This document shows, piece after piece, positions 39,796 to 53,994 of a stretch of 64,000 nt of DNA (its first letter is position 1; each line of letters opens with the position of its first letter). Origin of the DNA: Octopus vulgaris (lineage: Eukaryota); contig OX597836.1 of NCBI GenBank assembly GCA_951406725.2, forward strand, positions 14,136,001-14,200,000, in the 5' to 3' direction. The notes below the pieces were generated by a model. The model searched no databases, had not been told where the DNA came from, and saw only the letters and a program-made list of their open reading frames with translations. The position numbers and the translations under genes are program-made.

Positions 39796-40632
39796 TTAAG
39801 GTGTATTCCACTAGGTTGGATGTGTTAGTATCAATGTCAAAGATTATATATCACCTAAGAGGGACAGCAATTATATATCACCTGAGGTGATACAACTGGA
39901 TCCCATTATACAGGTAAACTGTTGCTTAATTTAATTCCTGTGTATATGTGGAGCTATGTTGTATTGAAACATGCATAGTGTTTATTAAATAGCTGTCTAA
40001 ATGCACTCATTCTTGGCTCTATTTGTTCAATATTTTATACACACACACATATATATATAGTTAATCCAAACAAGAAAACACAAAAACACAACAATGCGAG
40101 GACGTGGAACAAATATAGTATTATTGGACGCTCAGGAAAGAAGGAGGGTTTAACATTTCGAGCGGAGCTCTTCGTCGGAAACATAGGAGAAAGAAAGATC
40201 CAGAGAAGGGAAGACAGAGGAAAAAAAAATCGCCAACGGTGCACACCTTTTTATATATATATATATATAGAGAGAGAGATAAGAGATAATGGTGTCATTG
40301 AGATCCAAAGGTGTCAGGTACTGCTGAGTAAGTGCTATAGACAGACCGCAGTTAAGTTCCAGATTTGGTAGTTTTGCAAACAAAGGGTTCTATGTCAGCA
40401 TGTGTATATAAGAATGTTTTGCGTAATGAGATAAAAAAAACCCAAAGCTGTGTAGATATTAGAACATTTATAGATAGAAGGTCTTACAGCTGTTTCCGGG
40501 ATATTTATTAATTATATCCCTTCAATGGAGACGGTGTGAGAGGATGGTTAAGTCATAGTTAGTTTAGATGTGATACAAAATAGAGAGTGAGGTGGAAGAA
40601 AGAAAATATGTATGGATAATGAAGCTGTAAAT
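39796..40632. mobile_element. Stack of three Penelope-like terminal fragments within the TA tract of a SINE A (39598-40815)
   Basis: Hammerhead-like motifs at 39879-39980(+), 40148-40182(-) and 40481-40532(-), separated by (TA)n. Confidence 0.6.
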
Positions 40633-41385
40633 CCATATATATATATATATATATATGTGTGTGGGGCTGCTTTCAGTTTCCGTCTACCAAATCCACTCAC
40701 AAGGCTCTGGTCGGCCTGAGGCTACAGCAGAAGACACTTGACTAGGGTGCCACGCAGTGGGGCTGAACCCAGAATCATGTGGTTGAGAAGAAAACTTGTT
40801 ACCACACCACCACATCTCTTATTTGTTTCCATCATTGAACTACAGCCATGCTGGAGCATTGCTTTGAAGGAGGGGCTTTAGTCAAGCAGATCCCTCCCCA
40901 TCACCACCACATATACACACACCTCACTACTCACTTTTTTATTTTGGATTATGAATGTACATTGTTTTGCTTTCTTTACTATGTATTCTACATGTTTTAC
41001 TTTTGCCTTCCCCTTGTTTCATTCACAGGATTGTGACCATACTGGAGCATCACCATGAATAGTCTCAGTGGACCAGATTGATCCCAGGTACTTATTCTAT
41101 CAGTCTATTACTGAACCACTAAACTATGGGAGAGTAAACAAACCAACACTGGCTGCCAAGTCTCTTTTACCAAAGAGTTAAGTTACAGGGAGGTAAACAC
41201 ACCAACACTGGTTGTCAAGCAGTAATGGTGGAGGGGAACAAACACACACACACACATATTTACATTAGGCTCCTTTTAGTTTCTGTCAACCAAATCCACT
41301 CACAAAGCTTTGGTCAGCCCGAGACTATAGTAGAAGCACTTACCAGAGGCGACACAAAGTGGGACTGAACCCCAAACCATGTGGT

Positions 41386-41682
41386 GTTGTTTGTTCCTTG
41401 TTGAGGCATGCCTGGCTCATAAGGGCCGGTTTCCCTGGCATATAGGTTCCCCACCTGGACGGGGTGCCGGTCCGTCGCAGGTGAGCTGCAAGATGCAGGG
41501 GGAAGGAGTGAGAGAAAGTTGTGGCAAAAGAGTCAGCCGAAGTTTGCCATTACCTTCTGCCGGAGCCGCCTGGAGCTTAGGTGTTTTCACTCATAAACAC
41601 ACACATCGCCCGGTCTGAGATTCGAACCCGTGATCCCTCGACCGCGAGTCCGCTGCTCTAACCACTAGGCCATGTGCCTCCA
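41386..41682 (-). mobile_element. SINE family D, tail type 3, inserted in SINE A head, 13-bp TSD
   Basis: TSD CAAACCATGTGGT at 41373-41385 and 41683-41695. Confidence 0.85.
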
Positions 41683-42454
41683 CAAACCATGTGGTTGGCA
41701 GGCAAGCTTCTTACCACACAGCCACACCTCTGTCTATACACACGTATATGACACGATTCCACACGGTTTCCGTCTACCAAATTCACTCACAAGGCACTGG
41801 CTGGTTCAGGTATATGGTGGCTATACAAGACGACAATTGTCCTAGATGCCATGCCATGGAACAGAACCTGAAAACCACGTGGTTGCAAAGTGAACTTCTT
41901 AAACACTAATTACAAAAAAAAAAAAAAAACAAAAAAAAAAGCAACTCCCTCACAAACTTAACTTCCACCACTACCACCACCACCACCACCGCCGCTGCCA
42001 TCACCAAAATAAATTTTAGAGATCTGCTTACAACAGTACATATAAACTGTCGGGGGTGGGGGAAAGCATGAAGGGACTGAGAGGGTACTAGAGAAAAAGG
42101 TTGATCTGGGGGTTGAGGTGGAAGGGTGGAGACAATAACCGAAATACTGCTGGTAGTGGAATTGATGGCTATGAAGGAATGCGCAGTGATATTCTACATG
42201 TATCCACTTACAATAACACTTATTGCTGTCATTCTTGCACCTTAACACACAAGAGTTTCCCACATGTTCACCATCACCATCACCATCACCATCATCATTA
42301 TCCTTGTCATTAATATCACAATAACAAAACAAATTATCATCATCATCATCATCATTATTATTAGTAGTAGTAGTAGTAGTAGCAGCAGATACAGCAACCT
42401 ATATGCTTGCTTAGCTTTGCAGTATACAGTTCAGTTCATGTAGCTTACCCTCTG

Positions 42455-42843
42455 TTACTTGTTTCAGTCATTTGACTGCGGCCATGCTGGAGCACCGCCT
42501 TTAGTCGAGCAAATCGACCCCGGGACTTATTCTTTGCAAGCCTAGTACTTATTCTATCCGTGTCTTTTGCCGAACTGCTAAGTTACGGGAACGTAATCAC
42601 ACCGGCATCGGTTGTCAAGCGATGTTGGGGGGGACAAACAAAGACAAACACAGACACATTTATATATACATACACATATATACGACGGGCTTCTTTCAGT
42701 TTCCGTCTACCAAATCCACTCACAAGGCTTTGGTCGGCCCGAGGCTATAGTAGAAAACTCTTGCCCAAGATGCCACGCAGTGGGACTGAAACCGGAACCA
42801 TGTGGTTGGTAAGCAAGCTACTTACCACACAGTCACTCCTCCT
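42455..42843 (-). mobile_element. SINE family A, full length
   Basis: Near-consensus. Confidence 0.85.
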
Positions 42844-42875
42844 ATAAACATTATTTTTAAGCTTACACTATGAAC

Positions 42876-43172
42876 ATCATCATCATCGTTTAATGTCTGT
42901 TTTCCATGCTGGCATGGGTTGGACAGTCCGACCGGGGTCTGGGAAGCCAGGAGGCTGCACCAGGCTCCAGTCTGATCTGGCAGTGTTTCTACAGCTGGAT
43001 ACCCTTCCTAACGCCAACCACTCCGTGAGTGTAGTGGGTGCTTTTTACATGCCACCAGCACAGGGGCCAGAGGAGGCTGGCAACGGCCACAATTGGTTGG
43101 TGCTTTTTATGTGCCACCGGCACAGATGCCAGTCAAGGCAGTGGTGGCAACAGCCACGTTCGGATGGTGCAC
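42876..43172 (-). mobile_element. SINE family B
   Basis: (CAT)n end plus family B body. Confidence 0.8.
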
Positions 43173-43239
43173 GGTATCACAACAATTTCCATTATTTTTT
43201 AGCTTACACTATATATTATTATTATTATTATTATGTGAA

Positions 43240-44530
43240 GAAAAGTTGTGAGGTAGCAGAATCATTAGGGCACTGGACAAAATGCTTTGCAGTATTTCTT
43301 CCAACTTCTCGCCCTTCATCCTTTCAAGGGGTCAATAGAATAAACACTAGTTAAGCACTAGAATCAGCATAATCGACCTATCCCTCCCCACCAAACTTGG
43401 TGGCCTAGTGCCAAAATTTGCAACCATTATTAATATATATTTCTTTACTACCCACAAGGGACTAAACACAGCGGGGACAAACAAGGGCAGACAAAGGGAT
43501 TAAGTAGATTACATCGACCCCAGTGCGTAACTGGTACTTAATTTATCGACCCCGGAAGGATGAAAGGCAAAGTCAACCTCGGTGGAATTTGAACTCAGAG
43601 AGTAACGACAGACGAAACATGTTTCTTTACTACCCACAAGGGGCTATCACAGAGGGGACAAACAAGGGCAGACAAAGGGATTAAGTAGATTACATCGACC
43701 CCAGTGCGTAACTGGTACTTAATTTATTGACCCCGAAAGGATGAAAGGCAAAGTCGACCTCGGTGGAATTTGAACTCGGAACGTAACGACAGCGAAATAC
43801 GGCTACACATTTCGTCCGGCGTGCTAATGTTTCTGCCAACTCGCCGCCTATTATTAATATATCATTAATATAATGGAAGGCAATGAACTAGCAGAATCAT
43901 TAGCATATCAGACAAAATGCTTTGTGGAATTTTTTCCCAGCTTCAAATTCTGCTGAGGTTGACTTTGCCTTTCATCCTTTCAAAGGGGTCGATAAAATAA
44001 GTACTAGATGAGCAACAGAATCAATGTAATTGACTTATCCATTTCCTTCAAAACTGCTGGCACTGAACCAAAATTTGAAATCATTATTATCATGCTGAAA
44101 GGCAATACAATTGCAGAATAACTGTTGTGGCAGGCAAGGTGCTTGGTGGCATTTCTTCTAGCTCGCTACATTCTACGTTCAAATACCAGCAGGGTCAACA
44201 TTGTATTTCATCCTTTGAGGGTCGATAAAATAGGTACCAGTTGATTACAAGACAAGGGAGGGGCAATGTAATCGACTAACACCCTCCTGCTAAAATTACT
44301 GGAGTTGTGCCAAAATTTGGAACCGGCAGAATCATTGGCAAGTCAGACAAGGTGCTTGACTGCATTTCATCCGACTCTATGCTCTGAGTTCAAAAACCTT
44401 TGAGCTCAACTGTGCCTATCATGCTTCTGGGATTGATAAAGTAAATACCAATTAAGGACCGAGGGTCAATGTAACCGACTGTGCCTCTCCCACTAAAACT
44501 GCTGGCCGTCTGCCAAAATTTGAAACCATT
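43240..44530. mobile_element. SINE family C cluster (young minus-strand dimer 43437-43848 amid old plus-strand copies)
   Basis: Repeated family C body in both orientations. Confidence 0.7.
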
Positions 44531-44537
44531 ATTATTA

Positions 44538-44912
44538 TCATCATCATCGTTTAACGTCCGCTTTCCATGCTAGCATGGGTTGGACAGTTCGACTGGGGTC
44601 TGGGAAACACAAAGGCTGCACCAGGCCCAGTCAGATCTGGCAGAGTTTCTACAGCTGGATGCCCTTCATAACGCCAACCACTCCATGAGTGTAGAGGGTG
44701 CTTTTTACGTGCCACCGACACAGGTGCCAGACGAAGTTGGTGAACGGCCATGCTTGGATGGTGCTTTTTACGTGCCACCAGTACGGAGGCCAGGCGAGGC
44801 TGGCAATGGCCACGATCGGATGGCGTTTGTTACATGCCACCGGCACAGAGGCCAGGCGATGCGGCGCTGGCTACAGCCACATTCAGATGGTTCTCTTACG
44901 TGCCACCGGCAC
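44538..44912 (-). mobile_element. SINE family B with 4 internal about 60-bp repeats
   Basis: Repeated GGTGCTTTTTACGTGCCACC-like unit. Confidence 0.8.
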
Positions 44913-45070
44913 ATTATGAAAAAGGCATTGAGCAGGCAGAATTGTTACCACACAGGGCAAAACGCTTAGGAGCATCACATCCGTATTTACAGTCAGAGTT
45001 CAAATTCCGCCAATGTCAATTTTGTCTTTCATCTTTTTCGATGCCAAGAAAATAAGCACCAGTTGAAAAC

Positions 45071-45461
45071 TGCCCCGTACAATTCTGTTGACTGTTCTTT
45101 GAGCCACTTCTTCACTACAGTTTTCACTTCCTCGTCACTGGAATAATATTTGCCTCTCAAACCCTCTTCCATGAGGCCAAAGGGATGATAGACCAGTGAC
45201 AATGATAGTCCAGTGATGAGGAAGTGAAAACTGTAGTGAAGAAGTGGCTCACAGAACAGTCAACAGTATTTTACGGGGCAGGGATACATACTCTCATTCG
45301 AAGGTGGAACATTGCTATTGAGAGAAACGGTGACCCTGTTGAGAAGTAGGGATGTGATCCACAGAGGACCAGTTCCATTTTGGTGTATGATACATGTTCC
45401 TGTGTTGGTAAATTATACCTGTCCTAAATAAAATGGCATTACTTTTTGACTCACCCTCGTA
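45071..45461 (+). pseudogene. Mariner 3' end with TIR and fold-back duplication
   Basis: SSDEEVKTVVKKWLTEQS..GIHTLIRRWNIAIERNGDPVEK*; TIR ..ACTTTTTGACTCACCCTCG|TA; 45071-45142 is an inverted copy of 45209-45280. Confidence 0.85.
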
Positions 45462-46343
45462 TGTGATAATGCTTGATCGATTCAAAACAATGTGAATAAA
45501 TAAGCATTGCATTTGTCAGAAAAATTTGAAGGCAGAAGGGGTTAAGAAAGTCATCCCCTCATAGAAACCATGCCGAAGCAGAGAGTGGCGCTTGGCACAG
45601 TCCTCAGATTTGTCCGATTCCTCTTGAACCATCCAACCTATGTCAACATGGAAAACAGACATTAAGTAATGGTGATATTATAATTTACTTTAATTATATA
45701 CCTGCCACTTCCCATTAAAAACTGAACACAAAAATGTACTGGAAATATATATAGCGGTGCTACAGCATGGCCACAGCCCCAGGGCTGAAACATATTAAAG
45801 AATAAAGGAATAGATGTAGGTGTGGCAGTGTGGTAAGAAGCTTGCTTCCCAATCACACGACACCTTGGGCAAATGTCTTCAACTATAGCCTTTGACCAAC
45901 CAAAGCCTTGCGAGTGGATTTGGTAGCTGGAAACTGAAAGAAGCCTGTCTCGTGCGTGTGTGTGTCAGTGCTGCTTGGCAACTGTTATTGGTGCGTTTAC
46001 GTCCCCATAACTTGGTGGGTCAGCAAAAGATACCAATAGAATGAGTATATCTCTCTCAATGTGCATGTGTCTTTGTGTCTGTGTTTACACCCCAGTACCA
46101 CTTGACAACTGGTGTGGGTGTGTTTATGTCCCTGTAACTTAGCAGTTCAGCAAAAGAGAATGATAAACTAAGTACCAGGCTTAACAAAAAATAAGTACTG
46201 GGGTCAAGTCATTCAACTAAAGATTCTTCATGGCAGTTCCTTAGCATGGCCACAATCTAATGATTGAAACAAGTAAAAGATACATTCGTACTATAAAAAC
46301 CATCACATATATATCAGTCCTATTCATGACCAGCAAAAGAAAG

Positions 46344-46700
46344 TGGAGGCCCAATGGTTAGGGCAGCGAACTCGCGGTCGGAGGATCGCGGTTTCGATTC
46401 CCAGACTGGGCGTTGTGTGTTTATTGAGCGAAAACACCTAAAGCTCCTCGAGGCTCCAGCAGGGGGTGGTGGCAAACCCTGTTGTACTCTTTCGCCCCAA
46501 CTTTCTGTCACTCTTTCTTCCTGTTTCTTGTCCCCGACTTCCTACACAACCGCTGAACCTGGATGCGCATTCATCCATCCGTCAATGCTCTCGGTGTCAG
46601 GGGTTGACCTGCTTTCTCTTCTGTGGGTCTTACGAATAGCAAAGGACCACGTTTCGGACTTCTCCCACTGGAACAAAGACCGCTTCACTCAACAAACAAA
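46344..46700 (+). mobile_element. SINE family D, tail type 4
   Basis: Family D head and body followed by a distinct about 170-bp tail ending (ACAA)n. Confidence 0.75.
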
Positions 46701-47639
46701 CCAGCAAAAGCAAACAACAGATAAGGTTTTCCAATGATGGGTCACACAGACTTACAAGGTTTCCTCTCTATGTGGCCAAGCAGGCGCATGACCTAGTGGT
46801 TACGATGTTTGCGCTCTCGATCACAAGACTGTGGTATCAATTCTTGGACCAGGCAGTGTATTGCGTTCTTGAGCAAAACACTTCATTTCATCTTGCTCCA
46901 GTCCACTCAGCTGGCAAACATGAGTAACTCTGTGATGGACTGGCATCTCACTGAGGGACGGTGCTGTAATCTTAGTCACTTGTATCCATGGAAACTGAGT
47001 AACCAGCCCTGTGAGTCTCAGAACCAGAGACAGTAATTCTTTTATTTTTTATTCTTTTACTTGCTTCAGTCACTTGACTGCAGCCAAGCTGGAGCACCAC
47101 GTTGAAGGCTTTTAGTCGAACAAATCAACCCCAGGACTTATTTTATTAAAGCCCAACACTTTATTGGTCTCTTTTTCCAAACCACTAAGTTATGAGGATG
47201 TAAACACACCAACACCAGTTATCAAGTAGTGATGGTGGAACAAATACACACAAACACACATAAATATATACAACAGGCTTCTTTCAGTTTCTGTCTACTG
47301 AATCCACTCAAAAGGCTTTGGTTGGCCCGAGGCTATAGCAGAAGACACTTGCCCACGGTGCCACGCAGTGGGACTGAACCTGGAAGCATGTCATTTGGAA
47401 GCAAGCTACTTACCACACAGCCACTCTAGCACCTTTTTTTTTTTTACGTTATGTATTCACTAGAAAAGTTAGAAATAGCAGTCATATCTCTCTCACAATC
47501 ACACATCAATCATCTTTAAAAAAAGGACAAGTTGGTCATGGTTGGAACGTCTTTAACTATAAGTTCTGCTCAGAGTTGACTTAGGGCTAAATAACAAAGT
47601 ATATTTATACACATTTGTGCTCTCATACTTGTGTAAGTG

Positions 47640-47687
<48 letters not shown>

Positions 47688-47809
47688 CATACACAAAGAT
47701 GGGAGTGCATATACACACTTGTATAAATATAAAGAACAAGATCACCTGGGAAGTTCCAGAACGTCTGAATTTTTAAGAACCAGGATCAAAGGCTATAATA
47801 ATAATAATT

Positions 47810-48600
47810 CTTTCTACTATAGGCACAAGGCCGGAAATTTGGTGGGGAAGGGTGCAAGTTGGTTACCTTGACCCCAGTGTTCAAATGATACTTATTTCAT
47901 CGACCCCGCAAAAGATGAAAGGCGAAATCTACCTCGGCAAAATTTGAACTCAGAACGTACACACAGACGAAATGTTGGCAAGCATTTTGCCCAGCATGCT
48001 AACGGTTCTGCCGGTTCGTCACCTTATTAAGGATAAGTTACAGATTTTGGAACAAGGCCAGCGATTTCACGGGAGGAGATTATTCAGTCGATTGCATCGA
48101 CTCTAGTGCTCAAGAAATTTAGGGAGAGGGGAGTAGTCGATTACATCGATTCCAGTGCATAACTGGTACTTAATTTATCGAACCTGAAATTATGAAAGGC
48201 AAAGTCGACCTCGGCGGAATTTGAACTCACAACGTAAAGACAGACGAAATACCTATTTCTTTATTACCCACAAGGGGCTAAACACAGAGGGGACAAACAA
48301 GGACAGACATAGGTATTAAGTCGATTACATCGACACCAGTGCGTAACTGGTACTTAATTTATCGAACCTGAATGGATGAAAGGCAAAGTCGATCTCGGCG
48401 GAATTTGAACTCAGAACGTAGCGGCAGACGAAATGTCACTAAGCATTTCGCCCGGCGTGCTAACGATTCTGCCAGCTCGCCGCCTTAACAATAATAATAA
48501 TAACCCTTTCTATAATAGGCTCAAGGCCTGAAATTTTGCGGGGAGGGTGCCAATCGATTACATTGACCCCGAACAGATGAAAGACAAGACAACCTCAGCA
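47810..48600 (-). mobile_element. SINE family C cluster
   Basis: Several tandem copies, CpG intact. Confidence 0.75.
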
Positions 48601-49042
48601 GCAATAATGATGATAATAACAACAACAACACACAATAGACTGCAAATTCAGTTATTTAGGAGAGCAATTTTCTTTAACAATATCAAAACCCATGGAGACA
48701 GACTATAAAGACAGGTTTAAGTATTGTGCCTTGGTTCCTTATGTCATTAAAAATGGTAAAGCATTCATTTATCCATAGCTGAATTTTGCCATCTGCCGTG
48801 TGTATATTATATTCAACACACGGGCACTTGCTCTTCGGCATGTACTTTTGCGGGAAGAACATCGAATATATTCGCGATGGAATTATTATTATTATTATCA
48901 ATATTCAAATTTGAAAAAATATAAATAATATAAAATCAACGTGTTTTCGAGCTATCGAGAAAGTGTGTGTGGTTATTGGATTCGCTAGAAATAGCAGCCA
49001 CAAAAATCTACTCTCATCTCTTGCCTCAAATCATACCCTACC

Positions 49043-49105
<63 letters not shown>

Positions 49106-49476
49106 AGGAAGATGCATTAGAATAACGCAGTTGACTGTGTGTGAAGAAGGGAAGAAGAGAGAATCGGTGGAATAGTCAATGTTGGAGCGCCGTTGATCAC
49201 AGGGTCTGCCCGGCCAGAGCTGACCTGATGGGGGTGGGATAAACAAGCAACAATAACAACAACAACATAAGTGGATCTTGTCTGAGTGGTGAAGAGTTTA
49301 AATATGCACAGACACAGACCCAAACATATTTAAGGCAAACGTAAACAATTTCGTTTTTTAATTCAACTCGCTTAAACAAAGCATTAACGATCGTTATCAC
49401 TGTAATTAGCATTAAACACAAATCGCAAAATATATAAGAGAGAAAGCCGGAGCTTCATCTTCGACATTATTATTAC

Positions 49477-49499
<23 letters not shown>

Positions 49500-49509
<10 letters not shown>

Positions 49510-51314
49510 CATCGCCAGGAAAGAAAGAGAAGGAAAAAAGCACGAAATCTGCTACAGACTACTAGCGTTCCCACCGCCACCAACACCCACTTAGGTGCTT
49601 GCCATAAACCGGAACTTTTCTTTTTAAAGTGTCGTTAAGTCAGTTAACAAGAACAGGAACAACAGCAACAACAATCTTCATAAAACAAATAAATGAGACG
49701 AACATTTTTTTATGAGAAACGAGAAGTAGCTTCGAGAAAATAGCTAGGTCGGTAGATTGCCCACAGGACAGGCGCCCAAAGCGCGCGTGTATGTATGTAT
49801 GTATGTATATATATATAAACACACACATAGACAAAACGATGGTTAAGTTTTTTTTTATATACACGCCTAACAGAAGCCTATAAAAGCTTCTGTTTGGTCT
49901 ATATAAAGACAACTTAAGCGGAAGCGAATTGTGACGCTCAATAAGCAAACTCCAAAGCAAAATATGACGAAAATGGTAATTTAGAAAGTCCAGCGTAATA
50001 AATAAAATAAATAAACCTGGGTCGTTGCCCACACAACCGGTCTAGCCGTGCCCCTTACCCCCTCCCCCCTACTTCAAATTTCCCTTTCTCCGGTACCTTA
50101 GACCAGCAGATAGAAAACTGCCTTGAAGCTGAGTTTTGCGGCCGAGACTTTTCGGCTTCGGTTCGAAACCCGAACGTCGTGCCAATTTACTTAGCCTAAT
50201 TATGTCGATAAGAAAGAAAAGACGAACATCAAAGGATCGAGTAAACACCTTCCTTAATGAAAAAGGAAAATTTGCATGCAGGCGCACAATAATATATGTA
50301 TGTATGGATGTATGTGCATGCATACACACACACGTACATCAAAGCACTTGGGGTCTTTTCTAAGAAAGGAGAAAGGATATTTGTAACAAAAGCCAAAACA
50401 TTATATATATATAGATCCTTGTATATCGACTTACCGGAAGAATGGCAATTAACGTTGAAACCAAGACTTAATGAAAGACGCAACCACTAAGACACTGTGT
50501 GAGAAATAAAAACTCGATAATAAAATAAGTGCCTGGTATTTTTCAGGTAGGTTCCTGGATTCCGGACCAATTAAGTCCGGTCACGTCCGGGCTCTGTTTG
50601 CGCTATCACCACCGTTACCACCACCACCACCACCAGCAGCAGCATCACCACCAACAAGTGTCATGCATGCTCGTTTCTGGTCGCTTTTGTTTTTTATTTT
50701 ATTTTATTTTATTCTTCTTCTGGAGTTCAAACCACTGGCCACTCTCAACACTACTTCCGAGTTAAGTAGCAGCCTTAACTTACACCAAACGAACCTGGAT
50801 GAATGAAAAAGGCCAAGCCGAGACTCCGGTGACATGCCTTGCCATTATATATTTAGTTACGTCCCCTTTAAGAGTATACTTTTTTTTCCCCTTTTTACCT
50901 TTTTTTTTGAGTTCCAGCCCCTATCCTAACCGGCTTTATTTTGTCACCATTATTCCGTAATCAATAAAAAAAAACAAAATAAGAATTTGGGGGATGGAGT
51001 CCCGATTCGATCGATTACATCCTTACCGACGGTCTTAACGTAGTAGAAAAAACAATTATTTAAAAAGAATTCTTTTCTTTATCAGAAGAATCTGCTTCTT
51101 ATGATCGCCCTGGGTTCATTCATGATCGAACCGGGTGAAAGTGTGCGACCCAGTTTTGTTCAGCTACCGGTATTGAGAAACCATTTCGATTCGTTTCTCT
51201 TTAAAAACGTACTTCACAAACAACGATATTTTTAAAAAAATGGAACACCACAAGGAAAACGAAGAAGAAAAACAAGTAATGACCACCACAACTTTGCATT
51301 CTCCGTTCCCAAAT

Positions 51315-51352
<38 letters not shown>

Positions 51353-51550
51353 CATATATATATGTATGAATGAATTTCGCACTTTGTCTACTACGTACAA
51401 AGTTGCCCTCGTTACGAACGAAATAAAAATTAAGACAAAAACATCAATTATTCTCAGAATAAAGTAGGGAACAAAACAAAAGAAAAAGAATTAAATAATT
51501 TCTCCAACATCGCATCGTCTCTCACCGTTTCTTAATCGCGATGGCATAAT
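49500..51550. promoter_or_regulatory. CpG-rich, SINE-free candidate promoter/regulatory region
   Basis: High CpG density, CGGAAG ETS cores, TATA-like boxes at about 49879 and 49900, octamer ATTTGCAT at 50270. Confidence 0.4.
50435..50494 (-). other. Candidate 60-nt non-coding exon
   Basis: Minus acceptor tttttatttctcacacag| and donor CCG|gtaagt; stops in all three frames. Confidence 0.35.
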
Positions 51551-53148
51551 ATTGAAATGAATGGTTTTGTGGGAGATTTTTCATGTATAACCCTTGAACA
51601 GATGTGACAAAATTAGACAGGAAGTATATATTCGTTTCAATGTGATTGTGTATATAATATAGGAAATGAATGTATAAAATACCTATTTAGTAGGAAAATC
51701 TATCAACAAGAAGTATATTATGTCCGAAGATTTTCTTTTTTGTATTTTTAGGGGTGAGGGTCATTTTTAAGAGTAGGACCAGCATTTTTCACTTCATATA
51801 GTTACGCATATTTACATATATTTTCTCCTCTATGCAATATAGAACGTTTTTATATCAATGTAAATGTGTACAGAGAGAACATGTATATATATAATGTGTG
51901 TGTATATATATATATGTATATATATAGATGTGCAAGCTCAGAGATACGTAAAACAAGTGGCCGGTAGAGTCAAAAGTGAGCTCGAAAGTTCTTTTAAACT
52001 ACTCCACATCATGTAAGGAAGACATGGGCAAAAATATAATAACTCCTACCGTTCGTTAACCAATTATCCCCAGAGAAATTACTGGTACTTCAACATGAGT
52101 AACTATAAACATACATGCATATAGCTACATGCAAACACCAGTCATACATACAAACACATATGCATACATCCATATATATATACACACACACAAACAAACA
52201 AGTATGCTTATTTGTTCAAACATTTATACACACGCACCGCCCATGTATGTATGTATATATACGCACAGACAGTTCAAGCTTATTCAGATAAGCAATTTTT
52301 TTTTGTTTTGGAAATATGGGGTGAACTGGTTCAGAATATATCTAAGCAGAGAAAAGCCAAACTAACAATAAATAGACTACAGAAATCATTTAGAAGCAAC
52401 CAACACATACAATATCCATCTATGCATGAATGAAAAAAGGCAGAGACTTCGCTTATAGACATATATGTATACGTTTGCGTATATAATAAATATTATATGT
52501 ATATATAATCACACACACACCTCCAAACGGCTTTCAAGTGTGTTATTATTATCATTATTATTAGTAACAGCATTCAGAGTTTTTTTTTAAAAGACTGAAA
52601 AGAAACGAGGTGGGACACAATTGATTTGCTTAATATAAAAGACAAAAGGTTCCAGAAAAATAGCTAGAATCCTTGAGTACATATATATATATGTGTGTGC
52701 GTTACGTATGTATAATATGAGTTAACCTTATTGGCAAGAGAATATTAGCTGATATCGTCTATAGCAAAGTATTCTATATCCTATTATTACATACTTATTT
52801 GCCATTTAACATAGACACACTCACACCTTTTTGGTGATATTCACTCCTTTTCATTCCCTACGCATGAATGAAACACACACACACACACACAATATATATA
52901 TGTATATATATATATATAACCCATTCATTAAATACCGAGATATGTTCCAGATTAAATATATGAATAAAATTAGGGGGGAAAAATCATCGTTACGGCAGTA
53001 AATTAATGAGACGGGTGCTTTTATTTTTTGGGTTGTTTTTGACACCGCCTTTATAAATACACTGTGTCTATGTATGTGTGTATATGCATCTATATATATA
53101 TATATATACACAGACACGGTCATTTATTTACCTATTCATACACCCAAA

Positions 53149-53196
<48 letters not shown>

Positions 53197-53949
53197 TTTA
53201 TATGACAGATGTAGGCAGACAGATTGCTAAAGAGAGTCAGATCTGGAGAGAATCAGAAATAGATAGACAGATGGTTAGAGATAAACGTGAATAGAAACAG
53301 GTTTAAATATATTTGAGATAGAAATAGGTAGAAGAGATAGATAGATAGATAGATACATACGTACACTGGTACGGAGACAGATAGGTGTATAGATATATAA
53401 AAACATGTAGAGATAGGTCGGTATGTAGGTAGGTGAAGACATAGACAGATAAGGAAGTGTATATAGAGACAGATAGGAATATATAAGCAGGTATGGACAG
53501 ATAGAAAGATAGAGGGATTGAAGGCACATAAAATATAGATAAATAGACAGACACATACGTACGTGCAGATAGGGATATATATATAGAGAGAGATAGGAAT
53601 ATATAAGCTGACAGACATATAGAAAGAGGGAGGGACGGAAGGTATATATACACAGAGATAGGGAAATATATATAGAAAGTGATAGAAATGTATACAAGTA
53701 TATATATAGAGAGAGAGACAGACACACACAAGGAAGAAATAGAACGGATGGCAGAGAGCAACATTTTCTTTGGCATCATGAATGATCAACATGAAGACCG
53801 ACTGAAAGAAAAGAAAAAAATGAGACACTACTCAGGAACTAACACACACACACACAAACAAGAGATGGTGAGACAGATAGACAGACATGAAACGGATTGG
53901 TACATCACGCATACACGTACCTGTCTGTACTTATGTGCGTGTATATACG

Positions 53950-53994
<45 letters not shown>

